A stretch of DNA of 63,509 nucleotides, filler included. It is 9 parts of 9 records of this genome, joined end to end, with 100 filler letters (N's around TTAATTAATTAA, not from the genome) between each part and the next. Parts side by side here need not be neighbours in the genome. Positions count along the whole stretch, not along the records: positions 1 to 13,088 come from DRR723986_25921; positions 13,189 to 20,043 come from DRR723986_25954; 7 more parts are not named here. One strand, given 5' to 3'. A program made the translations under genes and the position numbers. Shown here piece by piece: positions 9,277 through 18,844 of this stretch (the first letter of the stretch is position 1; each line of letters starts with the position of its first letter). The notes beneath the pieces were generated by a model. The model was not told the origin of the DNA. It searched no databases and saw only the letters and a program-made list of their open reading frames with translations.

Positions 9277-10314
9277 TCAGCGGACGACGAGGCGGTCGAA
9301 GGTTTCCGTCCACTCGGCGCGGTGCTTGTTGATCGCCTGCCAGTCCGGGTAGACGGCGTTGGCGACCTGCTCGGGCGTGACGAACTGCGAGACGACCTCG
9401 GAGTAGGGCACATCCACGTTGGTCGGGATCATCGCGGTCGGCGGCTCGGCCAGCTGGGTCTGCGCGGCGGCGTCGATGGCGGCATCCATATAGGCATAGA
9501 CGCCATCGGGGTTGGACGCGCCCTTCACCAAATGGATCGCGACGGGCACTGAGGGCGAGCCGGTTTCGGGGTGGGCGAACTCGCAGGGCATACCCAGCTC
9601 GCGCAGCTTGGCGACGTTGCCGGTCGACGCCATGAACACGGCGATCTCGCCCTGCTGGTACATGGTCATCTGGTTCGAGCCCGAGGTCGCGATGGCGCCG
9701 ATCTTCGGCAGGTAGGCCTCGAGCAGGTCGAACAGCGGCTGCATGGTGTCATAGGTGCCGCCGTAGGCCTTGTTGATCTCGGTATAGGCCATGGTCGCGG
9801 TGTTCGAGCCGAAGCCGATGAGCGCGAGATTGCCCTCGTACTGCGGGTCTTCGAAGAGCGCCTTGTAGCCGGCGGGCTTGTCGACCACCTCGGGGTTGTA
9901 GGCGATGCCGTTGACCTCGATCGTGACGTAGGGCCCCCACTCGTTCTGCGCGGCCGGGCTCAGCTTGTCCCAGTTCTTCAGGCGCGTGGGGTCGATCTTC
10001 TCGATCAGCCCTTGCTGGATCAGGATGTCGCTCTGGCCCGGCGAGACGAGCAGCGCGTCATAGGGCGGCTGGCCGGGGCTGGCCATCAGACGGGCGATCT
10101 GGTCCTGCGCCAGCGACGGCGCGACGGTCAGATCAAAGCCCGCGTCCTGGACCATCGGCCCGACGATCGAGCGGTAGGCGTCTTCCCAACTGCCCGGGAA
10201 GGTGGCGGCGACGACCTTGCCGCCGGAGGCAAGGGCGGGACGGATCAGCGCCGGCGCGGCAAGGGCCGAGAGGCCGGCCATGGTAAAGGCGCGGCGGGTC
10301 ATATTTATGGTCAT
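9277..10314 (-). CDS. ABC transporter substrate-binding protein (PotD-like), Tat-type signal
   Basis: MTRRAFTM twin-arginine leader, GIAYNP, and position in the operon. Confidence 0.88.
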   Translation of the reverse strand: MTINMTRRAFTMAGLSALAAPALIRPALASGGKVVAATFPGSWEDAYRSIVGPMVQDAGFDLTVAPSLAQDQIARLMASPGQPPYDALLVSPGQSDILIQQGLIEKIDPTRLKNWDKLSPAAQNEWGPYVTIEVNGIAYNPEVVDKPAGYKALFEDPQYEGNLALIGFGSNTATMAYTEINKAYGGTYDTMQPLFDLLEAYLPKIGAIATSGSNQMTMYQQGEIAVFMASTGNVAKLRELGMPCEFAHPETGSPSVPVAIHLVKGASNPDGVYAYMDAAIDAAAQTQLAEPPTAMIPTNVDVPYSEVVSQFVTPEQVANAVYPDWQAINKHRAEWTETFDRLVVR

Positions 10315-10335
10315 GTCATTTTCCTCATTGGGTTT

Positions 10336-11403
10336 TCAGTTGATCTGGTCGTTGGCGGGAAAGACGTGCAGGCGGGACGTGTCCGGGATCAGCCAGATGG
10401 CATCTCCCTTTCCGGGACGGGGGCCGCCGTCGCGCAGCACCTGCGCCTTGATCGCGGTGCCGTCGGGAAGCGTGGCGTCGATGGTGAGGAAGCGTCCCAT
10501 CACCACGGCGCGGTCGAAGCGCGCTGCGATGGCGCCGGGCTGCTCGGTGAGCGAGAGGCTCAGGTCTTCGGGGCGAGAAGTGACGATCACCTCGGCGCCG
10601 GGGATGAAATTGAGCGCGCGGTTCATCGTGATCTCGGCGCCATCGGCGGACTTCAGGCGGTCGGCACCGCACACCGTGGCGTGCTGCTGGTTGGCATGGC
10701 CGATGAAGCCATTGACGAAAAGGCTGGCGGGATGGTCGTAGATGTCTTCCGGCAAGCCGACCTGTTCGACGCGACCCTCGTTCATCACCACGAGCTGGCC
10801 CGCGACGGCCTGCGCCTCTTCCTGGTCGTGGGTCACCATGACCGTGGTAATGCCCACATTATCCTGCATCCGCACCAGCTCGGCCTGAAGCTCGGAGCGC
10901 AGCGCCCGGTCGAGCGCGCCGAAGGGTTCATCCATCAGCAGCGCCGAGGGATCGGTCGCCAGGGCGCGGGCCACGGCGACGCGCTGCTGCTGACCGCCCG
11001 AAAGGCTTGGCGGGAAGCGGTTCGCAAAGGCGGTCAGCCGGACCAGTTCGAGTAGCCGGGCGACGCGCTCCTTGCGCTCCTGCCGCGGCCGATGGGCGAG
11101 GCCATAGGCGACGTTCTCGGCCACCGTCATATGCGAGAAGAGCGCGAAGTTCTGGAAAACCATCCCCAGCTTGCGGTTGCGCACCTGCACCTTGGTCAGG
11201 TCACGCCCCTGCAGCGAGATGCGGCCGCGGTCGGGGGTGATGAGCCCGGCGATGGCCCGCAGGATCGTCGACTTGCCACAGCCCGAGGGGCCCAGCAGGG
11301 CAACGACCTTGCCGTCGGGAACGTCGAAATTCACGTCGTAGAGGACTTGCTTGTCCTCGTAGCTGTGATCCACGTTGCTGATCTGCAAACCGGTGTCGGC
11401 CAT
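10336..11403 (-). CDS. ABC transporter ATP-binding protein (PotA-like)
   Basis: Walker A GPSGCGKS, signature LSGGQQQR, LLMDEP, VTHDQEEA and a TOBE-like tail. Confidence 0.95.
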   Translation of the reverse strand: MADTGLQISNVDHSYEDKQVLYDVNFDVPDGKVVALLGPSGCGKSTILRAIAGLITPDRGRISLQGRDLTKVQVRNRKLGMVFQNFALFSHMTVAENVAYGLAHRPRQERKERVARLLELVRLTAFANRFPPSLSGGQQQRVAVARALATDPSALLMDEPFGALDRALRSELQAELVRMQDNVGITTVMVTHDQEEAQAVAGQLVVMNEGRVEQVGLPEDIYDHPASLFVNGFIGHANQQHATVCGADRLKSADGAEITMNRALNFIPGAEVIVTSRPEDLSLSLTEQPGAIAARFDRAVVMGRFLTIDATLPDGTAIKAQVLRDGGPRPGKGDAIWLIPDTSRLHVFPANDQIN

Positions 11404-11473
11404 GATACGGGTGCTCCGCTGTTTGCGAGTAGTGATGACCTGACTGTTGCGTCACATCATGTTCGCAGATCAA

Positions 11474-11495
11474 TGCGAAAGTTCTTGCGAAAGTT
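11474..11495. promoter_or_regulatory. Candidate GntR operator in the divergent promoter
   Basis: TGCGAAAGTT is directly repeated at 11474 and 11486. The reverse complement of 11474-11490 matches 12498-12514 at 16/17 positions. Confidence 0.55.
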
Positions 11496-11642
11496 TATTC
11501 GATGGTGTTGTGCAAATGTTTTGCGCAGATATACTCAAGGTGCGCCCCTTCTGGGCGCCCTAAGAACGCATTCTCTGTATCTTTGCTGCGCGGACCGCTA
11601 AATCTCGGTCATTCCGAGAGGCAGGGCTGTGGAGCGTTTCCA

Positions 11643-12347
11643 ATGAAAGACAGCATGATTCTATCTGACGACATCTCCGAGGTGATTTGCGCAACTTTGC
11701 GCGCGGCGATCTTCGAAGGCGCGCTGAAGCCGGGCGACAAGCTGAAGGAAGACATCCTGGCCAAGCATTTTGGCGCCTCCCGTACGGTGGTGCGCGGCGC
11801 GCTGACCATGCTGGCGCAGCAGCATCTCGCGGAGCGCCGGCGCAACCATGGCTCCTTCGTGGCCACCCCCACCCCGGCCGAGGCGAAGAATCTGCTCGCC
11901 TCCCGCCGCGTGCTGGAAATGGCGGTGATGGACGCGCTGCCCGGTCGCCTGAACAAGAAGGAATTCGACGTTCTCGCGCGGACCATAGAGAATGAAACGA
12001 AGGTCCACTCTGGCAGCGACGCAACCGAGAAGAAGCGGATTGCTGGCGATTTTCACCATATATTGGCGGAATACGCGGGCAATCACGTGCTGCTCGAGAT
12101 GCTGGAGAACGTCATCACCCGGCTGTCCCTGGTCAACGCTCTCTATGAACGCGCCAGCGACTGCACCTGCGGCACGTCCCATCACGCGCTGATCCTCGAT
12201 CACCTGAAGGCCGGGGACTATGACGCAGCCCGCACGGCCATGGCCGTGCATCTCGAAGACATGGAAGGCAACATCGCCTTCGAGCGTGTCGACGGCGAAA
12301 AGGACGAGTTCCTCGCCATCCTCGAACGGATGACCGGTAAGCCCTGA
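11643..12347 (+). CDS. GntR-family (FCD/FadR-type) transcriptional regulator
   Basis: HTH AIFEGALKPGDKLKEDILAKHFGASRTVVRGAL and FCD motifs FHHILAEYAGN and H..I...L...D...A...M..HL. Start trimmed to ATG 11643. Confidence 0.9.
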   Translation: MKDSMILSDDISEVICATLRAAIFEGALKPGDKLKEDILAKHFGASRTVVRGALTMLAQQHLAERRRNHGSFVATPTPAEAKNLLASRRVLEMAVMDALPGRLNKKEFDVLARTIENETKVHSGSDATEKKRIAGDFHHILAEYAGNHVLLEMLENVITRLSLVNALYERASDCTCGTSHHALILDHLKAGDYDAARTAMAVHLEDMEGNIAFERVDGEKDEFLAILERMTGKP

Positions 12348-12497
12348 ACCCGACGCAGCGCCCGGCAGAGGCCGGGACGAATCGCGCCTCGCGTTCGCAT
12401 TTCGCCCAAGAATGCGCCGAGATGTCCCTCGAAGTTGCGTTTTGCCCGCACATGCGGCGCTCGACGGCATTTTTCACGCTGCGGTTCGTCAAGATTA

Positions 12498-12520
12498 TCG
12501 CAAGAACTTGCGCAAGTTCT
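12498..12520. promoter_or_regulatory. Candidate GntR operator (18-bp perfect palindrome)
   Basis: AGAACTTGCGCAAGTTCT at 12503-12520, about 65 bp upstream of the ATG at 12586. Confidence 0.6.
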
Positions 12521-12585
12521 GTCGTGCGGAGAGTTTGAGGGTGTAGCGTCGAGCAACGGCGCGCCCGACAACAGAGACCCTCCTC

Positions 12586-13088
12586 ATGAACATGCTCGTC
12601 CAGATGGCACTCGGCCTGGCGCTCGCCGCCACCCTCGCCACCTCCGCCCTCGGGCAGGGCATGACCGAGGTAATGCACGCGTCTGATGACATCACCGCGC
12701 TGCCCGGCGTCACCGCCAATCCCGATCTCGCCGCCGGCCTGCCGCAGGCAATCCGCGATGCCGGCGTGCTACGGGTCGCCACCGACCTCACGCCACCGAT
12801 CAGCTTCCACGATGATGCGGGCAAGCTCATCGGCATCGACGCCGATATTGCCGCGTCCATGGGCGTGATCCTCGGTGTCGAGGTGCAGATGACCGATCTC
12901 GGCGCAGGCGCGGGCATCGTCCCGGCGATCCTGTCCCGGCGCTTCGACATGACCCTCTCGGGCATCAGCGACGATCCCGAGCTGGAAAAGCAGGTCGACG
13001 TGATCGACTGCATGTATGACGCTACGACGATCATGCTGCTCGACGGCAACCCGCTGAACTTCGCCTCTATGGACGATCTCTGCGGCTT
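12586..13088 (+). CDS. Polar amino-acid-type ABC substrate-binding protein (SBP family 3), truncated by contig end
   Basis: Signal peptide, then LPQAIRDAGVLRVAT...GKLIGIDADIA...IVPAILSRRFD. Confidence 0.82.
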
Positions 13089-13188
13089 NNNNNNNNNNNN
13101 NNNNNNNNNNNNNNNNNNNNNNNNNNNNNNNNTTAATTAATTAANNNNNNNNNNNNNNNNNNNNNNNNNNNNNNNNNNNNNNNNNNNN
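13089..13188. other. Artificial contig-joining spacer (N44-TTAATTAATTAA-N44)
   Basis: The identical 100-bp block occurs eight times, has stop codons in all six frames, and interrupts genes on both sides. Confidence 0.98.
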
Positions 13189-13264
13189 ACCCCTTCGCCA
13201 GCGTCAGCGCCCGCGACAGATGCCCGGTGCCAAGCAGGTGCGTAACGACGATCATAACCTTCAT
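13189..13264 (-). CDS. Glycosyltransferase, N-terminal fragment (cut by contig end)
   Basis: My translation MKVMIVVTHLLGTGHLSRALTLAKG parallels the SHDTFGLGHLRR motif of 16156-17376. ATGA overlap with the phosphatase stop. Confidence 0.75.
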
Positions 13265-13848
13265 GGTGCGGCCTCAATCAGGAGAACGGGGTCGCCTTTG
13301 ACGGTCCAATTGCCGTCGTCAATCTCTATCACAAAAAGCCGGTTCCGCTTGACCGCAAAGGGGGCCGGTCGGTCAAAATTCCATCCCGTTGCATGGGCCA
13401 AGAGCACCCGCATCACGCCGATATGGCACACCGCCACATGATCTCCGCGCAGGGCCTCGGCCCATGGCACCAGACGATCCCTGAGGGCGGCGGGGCTTTC
13501 ACCATTGGGCGGGGTGTAATCCCAACCCCATTGCTCAATATCCAAATAGGCGACGTCCGGGTCAGCCTTGAGATCCGCGCCCTTAAGACCTTCCCAATCG
13601 CCCCAATTCATCTCGATCAGCGCCGCATCTGTCTGCGCAGCACGGCCCGCCACCAACGCAGCGGTATCAGCGGCCCGTGACAACGGGCTGGACCAAAGGT
13701 GCGCGGCGTCCCATGGCGGCGGCAAACGCAAGCGGGACAGCTGCGCCACGGCTTCGGGATCGAGGGCGATATCCGTGCGGCCCTGAATTTGGCCTGCACG
13801 GTTCCATGGTGTGTGGCCGTGGCGCAAAAGGGCAAGGCGGGCGGTCAT
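13261..13848 (-). CDS. Histidine phosphatase (phosphoglycerate mutase family)
   Basis: Motifs LLRHGHT, SSPLSRA, EMNWGDWEG, PPNGES and VCHIGVMR. Confidence 0.9.
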   Translation of the reverse strand: MTARLALLRHGHTPWNRAGQIQGRTDIALDPEAVAQLSRLRLPPPWDAAHLWSSPLSRAADTAALVAGRAAQTDAALIEMNWGDWEGLKGADLKADPDVAYLDIEQWGWDYTPPNGESPAALRDRLVPWAEALRGDHVAVCHIGVMRVLLAHATGWNFDRPAPFAVKRNRLFVIEIDDGNWTVKGDPVLLIEAAP

Positions 13849-14918
13849 TGGACACCTGCCTCTGCCAAGCCGCTGCGCAGCACCTGTGCGGCGGCGGGCA
13901 ACAGGTGATGTTGGGTGATCATGTTGCGTGCCTCCGTTGCGGCTTTGTGGCGTTTGGCCGGGTTTTTCATCAAGTCGGTGATCCGCGCGGCCAATGCGGC
14001 GGGTCCGTCCTGAACTGCCGCTTGGGAGGCACCTGCCAGAACCTCGCGCACTCCGGGACGATCTTGCGCAACAACGGGCAAGCCTGCGGCTTGGGCTTCA
14101 AGGTAGACCATACCAAAGGCTTCATCGACGCCGGGCCAGAACAGCAGGTTGGATGTGCGATACACCTGTTGCAGCGCGGCTTCGTCCAATGCACCAAGGC
14201 AGCGGACTTTGTCCCCGAACGGGACCATCATGGCCTCCACCTCGGCGCGGGCGGGCCCGTCACCGGCGATCTGAAGGGACCAGCCCGTGTCCGGCAACAC
14301 CGCCAATGTCTCGGCGATGATCCGGTATGACGGCAATTTGGCCGCGCTGCGCATCATGCCGACGCTGAGCATCGGTCCGGTCAAATCCGAGGCGGCGGGC
14401 AAGCTGTCCCGGTTCAGGAATGGCGGCAGGTGGATCAAGACCTGTGATTGTGGCGCATCGCGGTGCAGGGTCTCTGCGTCATGTTTGGTAAAGTAAAAGA
14501 TCACCCGTGCCGCGTCTGAGGCCGCTTCAGCGGCCTTGGCAAAGGCGGCCCATGGCCCGTCAAGACGTTTGCGGGCGCGGGTGGATTCGATCTGCAAATA
14601 TGGAATGCCTAGCGCTGCGGCCACATGCGGGCCGATCAGATCCGGCGCTTTGTAGTAGTTGTGATAGGTCAGCCAAGCCTGCCAGCCCGCGCGTTTCCCT
14701 GCCTCTAAAACACGGGAAATTTCCTTTGCGGCCTGCGCGATCAGATCGGCCTGCACTTCTGCGTTGCCCATACCGTCCCGGCTGCGAAAGCGGCTGGCCA
14801 AGGTGACCTCAGCGCCGAGATGTTCCAATGCGGCCACCAGCCCGCGTGCGATGCTGCGATCCCCTGATGGCACAGGATCATCCGGCGGTTTCATCGGCGC
14901 ATAGAACGCAAGCCGCAT
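13845..14918 (-). CDS. Glycosyltransferase family 4
   Basis: GT-B motif DEAFGMVYLEAQAAGLPVV. Confidence 0.9.
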   Translation of the reverse strand: MRLAFYAPMKPPDDPVPSGDRSIARGLVAALEHLGAEVTLASRFRSRDGMGNAEVQADLIAQAAKEISRVLEAGKRAGWQAWLTYHNYYKAPDLIGPHVAAALGIPYLQIESTRARKRLDGPWAAFAKAAEAASDAARVIFYFTKHDAETLHRDAPQSQVLIHLPPFLNRDSLPAASDLTGPMLSVGMMRSAAKLPSYRIIAETLAVLPDTGWSLQIAGDGPARAEVEAMMVPFGDKVRCLGALDEAALQQVYRTSNLLFWPGVDEAFGMVYLEAQAAGLPVVAQDRPGVREVLAGASQAAVQDGPAALAARITDLMKNPAKRHKAATEARNMITQHHLLPAAAQVLRSGLAEAGVQ

Positions 14919-16159
14919 CAGTCCGCCTGCGCCAGCATCGCCAGCAGCCGCTGTTTAAGGTGTTCAATCCCCGGATGCATCAGGAAATCCTGTGTGAGCC
15001 GCGCATAAGCAGCCTCGGCCATCGCGGCCCCTTGTGTGGGGTCGGAGGCAAAATCCTGCATCGCCTCTGCCAGTGCGGCGGGCGCGTCATCGCTGAGAAC
15101 ACCATGCTTGCCGCTGTCGATAAATTCGGGGATGGCAGAGACCGGTGTGCTGAGGATCGGCAGTTTCTGGCTGGCCGCTTCCATCAACACATTGGGCAGC
15201 CCGTCACGGTCACCATCTGCGGCAATCCGCGAGGGCAGCACAAAGAGATCCGCCGCCCGCATCGCGTCGATCACCTCCGGTTGATCACAGGCGCCCCGCC
15301 AAGTGATCCGCTCAGCAATGCCATAGGCCGCCGCACGGTCCCGCATCACCGCATCCAAGGCACCGCCGCCGATGTGGGTCCAGTGCCAGTTGAGCGACGC
15401 GGGCAGCAACGCCAGCGCATCAATGAGATTGTCAAAGCCCTTCTTCTCCACCAGACGCCCGACAGACATCATGTGAAACGGCGCACCGGCGTTGCGCAAG
15501 GTCCGCTCAGGCGGCGCAGGAAACCGCGACAGGTCAAGCCCGTGATACACCAGATCGACCCGACTGGGCGTGTCGGCCAGCCCTTGCAAATGCTCTGCGC
15601 CAAATCCGGTGCAAGTGGCCCCAAAGGCCGCGCCATGGGTGGTTGCAGACAGCTTCTCGCGCAGCTCCCATTCCGGTGATGTCCAGATGTCTTTGGCATG
15701 GGCAGAAAATGACCACGGCATGCCCCGCAAGATCGCGGCATAGCGGGCAACAGAAGACGGCGTATGCAGGAAATGTGCATAGATGCCCGCCACGTTATGA
15801 GGCATTTCTGCGGCCATAACGCAAGCCTGCCCCCAACGGCGGCGGCGGTTGGCCGTGTCGTCCCGCGCTACATCTTCGGCAAAGGCCGCTGCGGCGGCAT
15901 CAAACCCGGCCATCTGGGCAGCCGCCCCCATGGCGGTGGCCACGCGGCGCGGTTCATTGCGCAGGTATTCCGGCAGATACCGGATCTTGGCCTGCAACCG
16001 ATCATGCAGTGGATGGGTCTTTTTGTCGGTCGGATGGCGCAGCGACCAGATGTCAAACTCCAGCCCGGCCTCTTCCAGCGCGACAAGTTCCTGCGCGATG
16101 AAGGTTTCGGACAGGCGCGGCCAGCCCTTGACCACGACAGCAAGTTTGGGATGGCTCAT
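14918..16159 (-). CDS. Glycosyltransferase family 4 (WcaL-like)
   Basis: Motifs WPRLSETFI, VGRLVEKKG and RDGLPNVLMEA. Confidence 0.9.
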   Translation of the reverse strand: MSHPKLAVVVKGWPRLSETFIAQELVALEEAGLEFDIWSLRHPTDKKTHPLHDRLQAKIRYLPEYLRNEPRRVATAMGAAAQMAGFDAAAAAFAEDVARDDTANRRRRWGQACVMAAEMPHNVAGIYAHFLHTPSSVARYAAILRGMPWSFSAHAKDIWTSPEWELREKLSATTHGAAFGATCTGFGAEHLQGLADTPSRVDLVYHGLDLSRFPAPPERTLRNAGAPFHMMSVGRLVEKKGFDNLIDALALLPASLNWHWTHIGGGALDAVMRDRAAAYGIAERITWRGACDQPEVIDAMRAADLFVLPSRIAADGDRDGLPNVLMEAASQKLPILSTPVSAIPEFIDSGKHGVLSDDAPAALAEAMQDFASDPTQGAAMAEAAYARLTQDFLMHPGIEHLKQRLLAMLAQAD

Positions 16160-17376
16160 GAGTTATCGTCTTTCTGCATCAGCGCCCGTGCGCGTTCCAC
16201 CACCACGTCCAAACCATCCAGCAGCCCGTCTGCACCGGCGTCCGATGGTTTGCCCTGCTTCGGCACGTTGCGAATGGCGCGGATCATGGCATCAGTGGTC
16301 ATGCCGTCGCGGGTTTCGTCCAGCATCCGCACAAGGCCCAACTGCTCGGCCCGGCTGGCTCTGATCCATTGCTCGAGCCGCGGCTTGGTGCGCGGCACAA
16401 TCACCGCGGGCCGGTCAAAGGACAGAACTTCACAAAATGTGTTATACCCGCCCATGCAAATCACGCCCTCAGCCCCGGCAAACAGCGCTTCGATCCGGCT
16501 GTCAAAACCCATGGCGGTCACGCGGCCATCGAGCTTGGCCACCCGCGCGTCAAAGGCCTCGCGCACCTCGCCAGACAGGAACGGCCCGTAGATCAGAACT
16601 GCTTTGGGTGACAGATAAGGATCTTGTTCATAGGCCGACAACACCAGCGACACCATCGCCGCCCCGTCACCGCCACCACCGGGCGTGATCAACACATAAG
16701 GATGATCGGGCGTGTCCGTGGCATCGGTCACTTCGCGGCGCAGGTATCCCGTCCAATGCATGCGGGCGCGGGCCGCCTCTGACAACGGCAGACCTTCGGA
16801 TGGGTCATAAACATCGCGCACACCGTAAACCCAGATTTCATCGTAATAGCGTTCGGTCGCTTCAACCGCGCCTTTGCGGTCCCATTCGGCGGCCAGCACC
16901 TCGGGCTCGTCCAGCACATCCCGCAGGCCAAGAACAACACGGGTGCGCCCCTCTTTGCGCAGCCACTCCAACGTGGTCAAAAGCTCACCGCGAAAGCCAG
17001 TTGGCTCCTTGTCCACGACCAACAGGTCGGGCTGGTATTGTTCGACCGCACTTTGGATCAAACCGGCCCTGAGCGCGGTGGTGCGGTCGATATCAAGGCC
17101 AAGGGTCTGGCTGATGTAGCTGCCATCGGGCAGTTTGGTCACACCGGGCAGGCGGATGTGGTCAACACGTTCAGGAAAGGTAAATCGACCGGCAACGGGT
17201 GATCCGGTCAGGATGATGGCCGAGGCGTTGTCGTCCCCTTCGGTTAGGGCAGAGGCCAGCGCCCGCGACCGGCGCAGATGCCCAAGGCCAAATGTGTCGT
17301 GGCTGTAAAACATCACCCTGCGTGAGGCCGCGCTGCCGCTGATCGGCCCGTCTTCGGTTTGCGCCATAAAATTCAC
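16156..17376 (-). CDS. Predicted glycosyltransferase (GT28-C-like)
   Basis: Motifs YSHDTFGLGHLRR, TPGGGGDG, MGGYNTFCE and PRTKPRLEQ. Confidence 0.85.
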   Translation of the reverse strand: MNFMAQTEDGPISGSAASRRVMFYSHDTFGLGHLRRSRALASALTEGDDNASAIILTGSPVAGRFTFPERVDHIRLPGVTKLPDGSYISQTLGLDIDRTTALRAGLIQSAVEQYQPDLLVVDKEPTGFRGELLTTLEWLRKEGRTRVVLGLRDVLDEPEVLAAEWDRKGAVEATERYYDEIWVYGVRDVYDPSEGLPLSEAARARMHWTGYLRREVTDATDTPDHPYVLITPGGGGDGAAMVSLVLSAYEQDPYLSPKAVLIYGPFLSGEVREAFDARVAKLDGRVTAMGFDSRIEALFAGAEGVICMGGYNTFCEVLSFDRPAVIVPRTKPRLEQWIRASRAEQLGLVRMLDETRDGMTTDAMIRAIRNVPKQGKPSDAGADGLLDGLDVVVERARALMQKDDNS

Positions 17377-17390
17377 CTGCCGATATCCGT

Positions 17391-18671
17391 TCAGAGCCTC
17401 AGATCACTGCCTGATTTACCAAAAATTCCCTTGATGTCATAGAGCACCGCCCCCGGTTTGCCCAAGGCGCGGATTGCATCCGGGCCAAGAGTGACAAATT
17501 CCCGGTGACCGACCGCCACAATGATCGCGTCATAGGTGCCTTGTTGTGGCTCTGCAATGCCTGCGACCGCGTGTTCGCCCTGCAACCTGTCCACGCCAAC
17601 CCATGGGTCATGCACATCGGCTTGTACCGAATAGGACGCCAACTCTGTCACAATGTCCGCGACCCGCGTGTTGCGTGTATCGGCGCAGTTTTCCTTGAAG
17701 GTATAGCCAAGGATCAGCACCTTTGCCCCGCGCACACCAATGTCGCGGGCCAGCATCGCCTTGATCAGGGTCTGCGCCACATGCGCCCCCATGTGATCAT
17801 TGATGCGGCGCCCGGCGAGGATCACCTCGGGATGATAGCCAAGCTGTTCGGCGCGGTAGGTGAGGTAATAGGGATCGACCCCGATACAATGCCCGCCAAC
17901 AAGGCCGGGGCGGAAGGGCAGGAAATTCCATTTGGTCCCTGCTGCCTCCAGAACCTCAAGCGTATCAAGGCCAAGCCGGGCAAAGATCAGGGCAAATTCA
18001 TTGACCAAAGCAATGTTGAGATCACGCTGGGTGTTTTCGATCACTTTCGCGGCCTCCGCGGTCATGATCGAGGACGCGCGGTGCAACCCCGCCTTGACCA
18101 CCGGGGCATAGATCGCCTCAACACGGGTGAGGGTTTCATCATCCTGCGCGGCGATGATTTTCACCACGTTTTCCATCGAATGTTCGGCATCGCCGGGGTT
18201 CACCCGTTCGGGGCTATAGGCCAGCTTGATCTGCGCTCCGGCCACAAGCCCGCTGCCCGCGGCCAAGGCTGGGCCGCAAACCTCTTCGGTGACGCCGGGA
18301 TAGACCGTGCTTTCCAAGATCACCAAGGCGCCGTCGGTCAGATGCGGCGCGATGGTGGCACAGGCCCCGAGCACCGGACCAAGGTCAGGTGTTTTTGCGT
18401 CCGTGATCGGTGTTGGCACCGCAATGATAAACGCGGTGCAGCCTGCCAAATCAGCAGCGTCATGGGTAAACAGCGCCGATGATCCCGCAACCGACGCATC
18501 AGACACTTCGCCGTTTGGATCGCGCCCCGCTCGCAGCGCGGCAACCGCAGGCGCGTGGGTATCAAGGCCAACAACGTCAAACCCTTCCCGCGCCAAGGCA
18601 ACCGTCAAAGGCAGGCCGACATAGCCAAGACCCAGCACAGCAATGCGTTCGGATTTGTCGGGATTTGCCAT
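17391..18671 (-). CDS. UDP-N-acetylhexosamine dehydrogenase (WbpO/TviB family)
   Basis: Motifs GLGYVGLP, ESTVYPG, YSPERVNPG, AKVIENTQRD, GGHCIGVDP and FKENCADTRN. Confidence 0.93.
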   Translation of the reverse strand: MANPDKSERIAVLGLGYVGLPLTVALAREGFDVVGLDTHAPAVAALRAGRDPNGEVSDASVAGSSALFTHDAADLAGCTAFIIAVPTPITDAKTPDLGPVLGACATIAPHLTDGALVILESTVYPGVTEEVCGPALAAGSGLVAGAQIKLAYSPERVNPGDAEHSMENVVKIIAAQDDETLTRVEAIYAPVVKAGLHRASSIMTAEAAKVIENTQRDLNIALVNEFALIFARLGLDTLEVLEAAGTKWNFLPFRPGLVGGHCIGVDPYYLTYRAEQLGYHPEVILAGRRINDHMGAHVAQTLIKAMLARDIGVRGAKVLILGYTFKENCADTRNTRVADIVTELASYSVQADVHDPWVGVDRLQGEHAVAGIAEPQQGTYDAIIVAVGHREFVTLGPDAIRALGKPGAVLYDIKGIFGKSGSDLRL

Positions 18672-18844
18672 GGGTCGTTCCTTGGTTTTGTCTTGGTGTT
18701 TCGGCCCAAAGGCATGTCACTGCTATGGCATAGTTTGATCCGTCATGCAAAACGCCGCAGGGACTGGACGCACAATCGTGACTTGGGGCGATCACCCTTT
18801 AATTGCAATGGGCTGGTCGCTGACTTAGCGTGAGGTAAGGCCAA

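Noticed and set aside
215-11055. Long plus-strand ORFs such as 1050-2051, 5341-6345, 6198-7661 and 9571-11055
   Set aside because: They are antisense shadows of well-supported minus-strand genes in GC-rich DNA.
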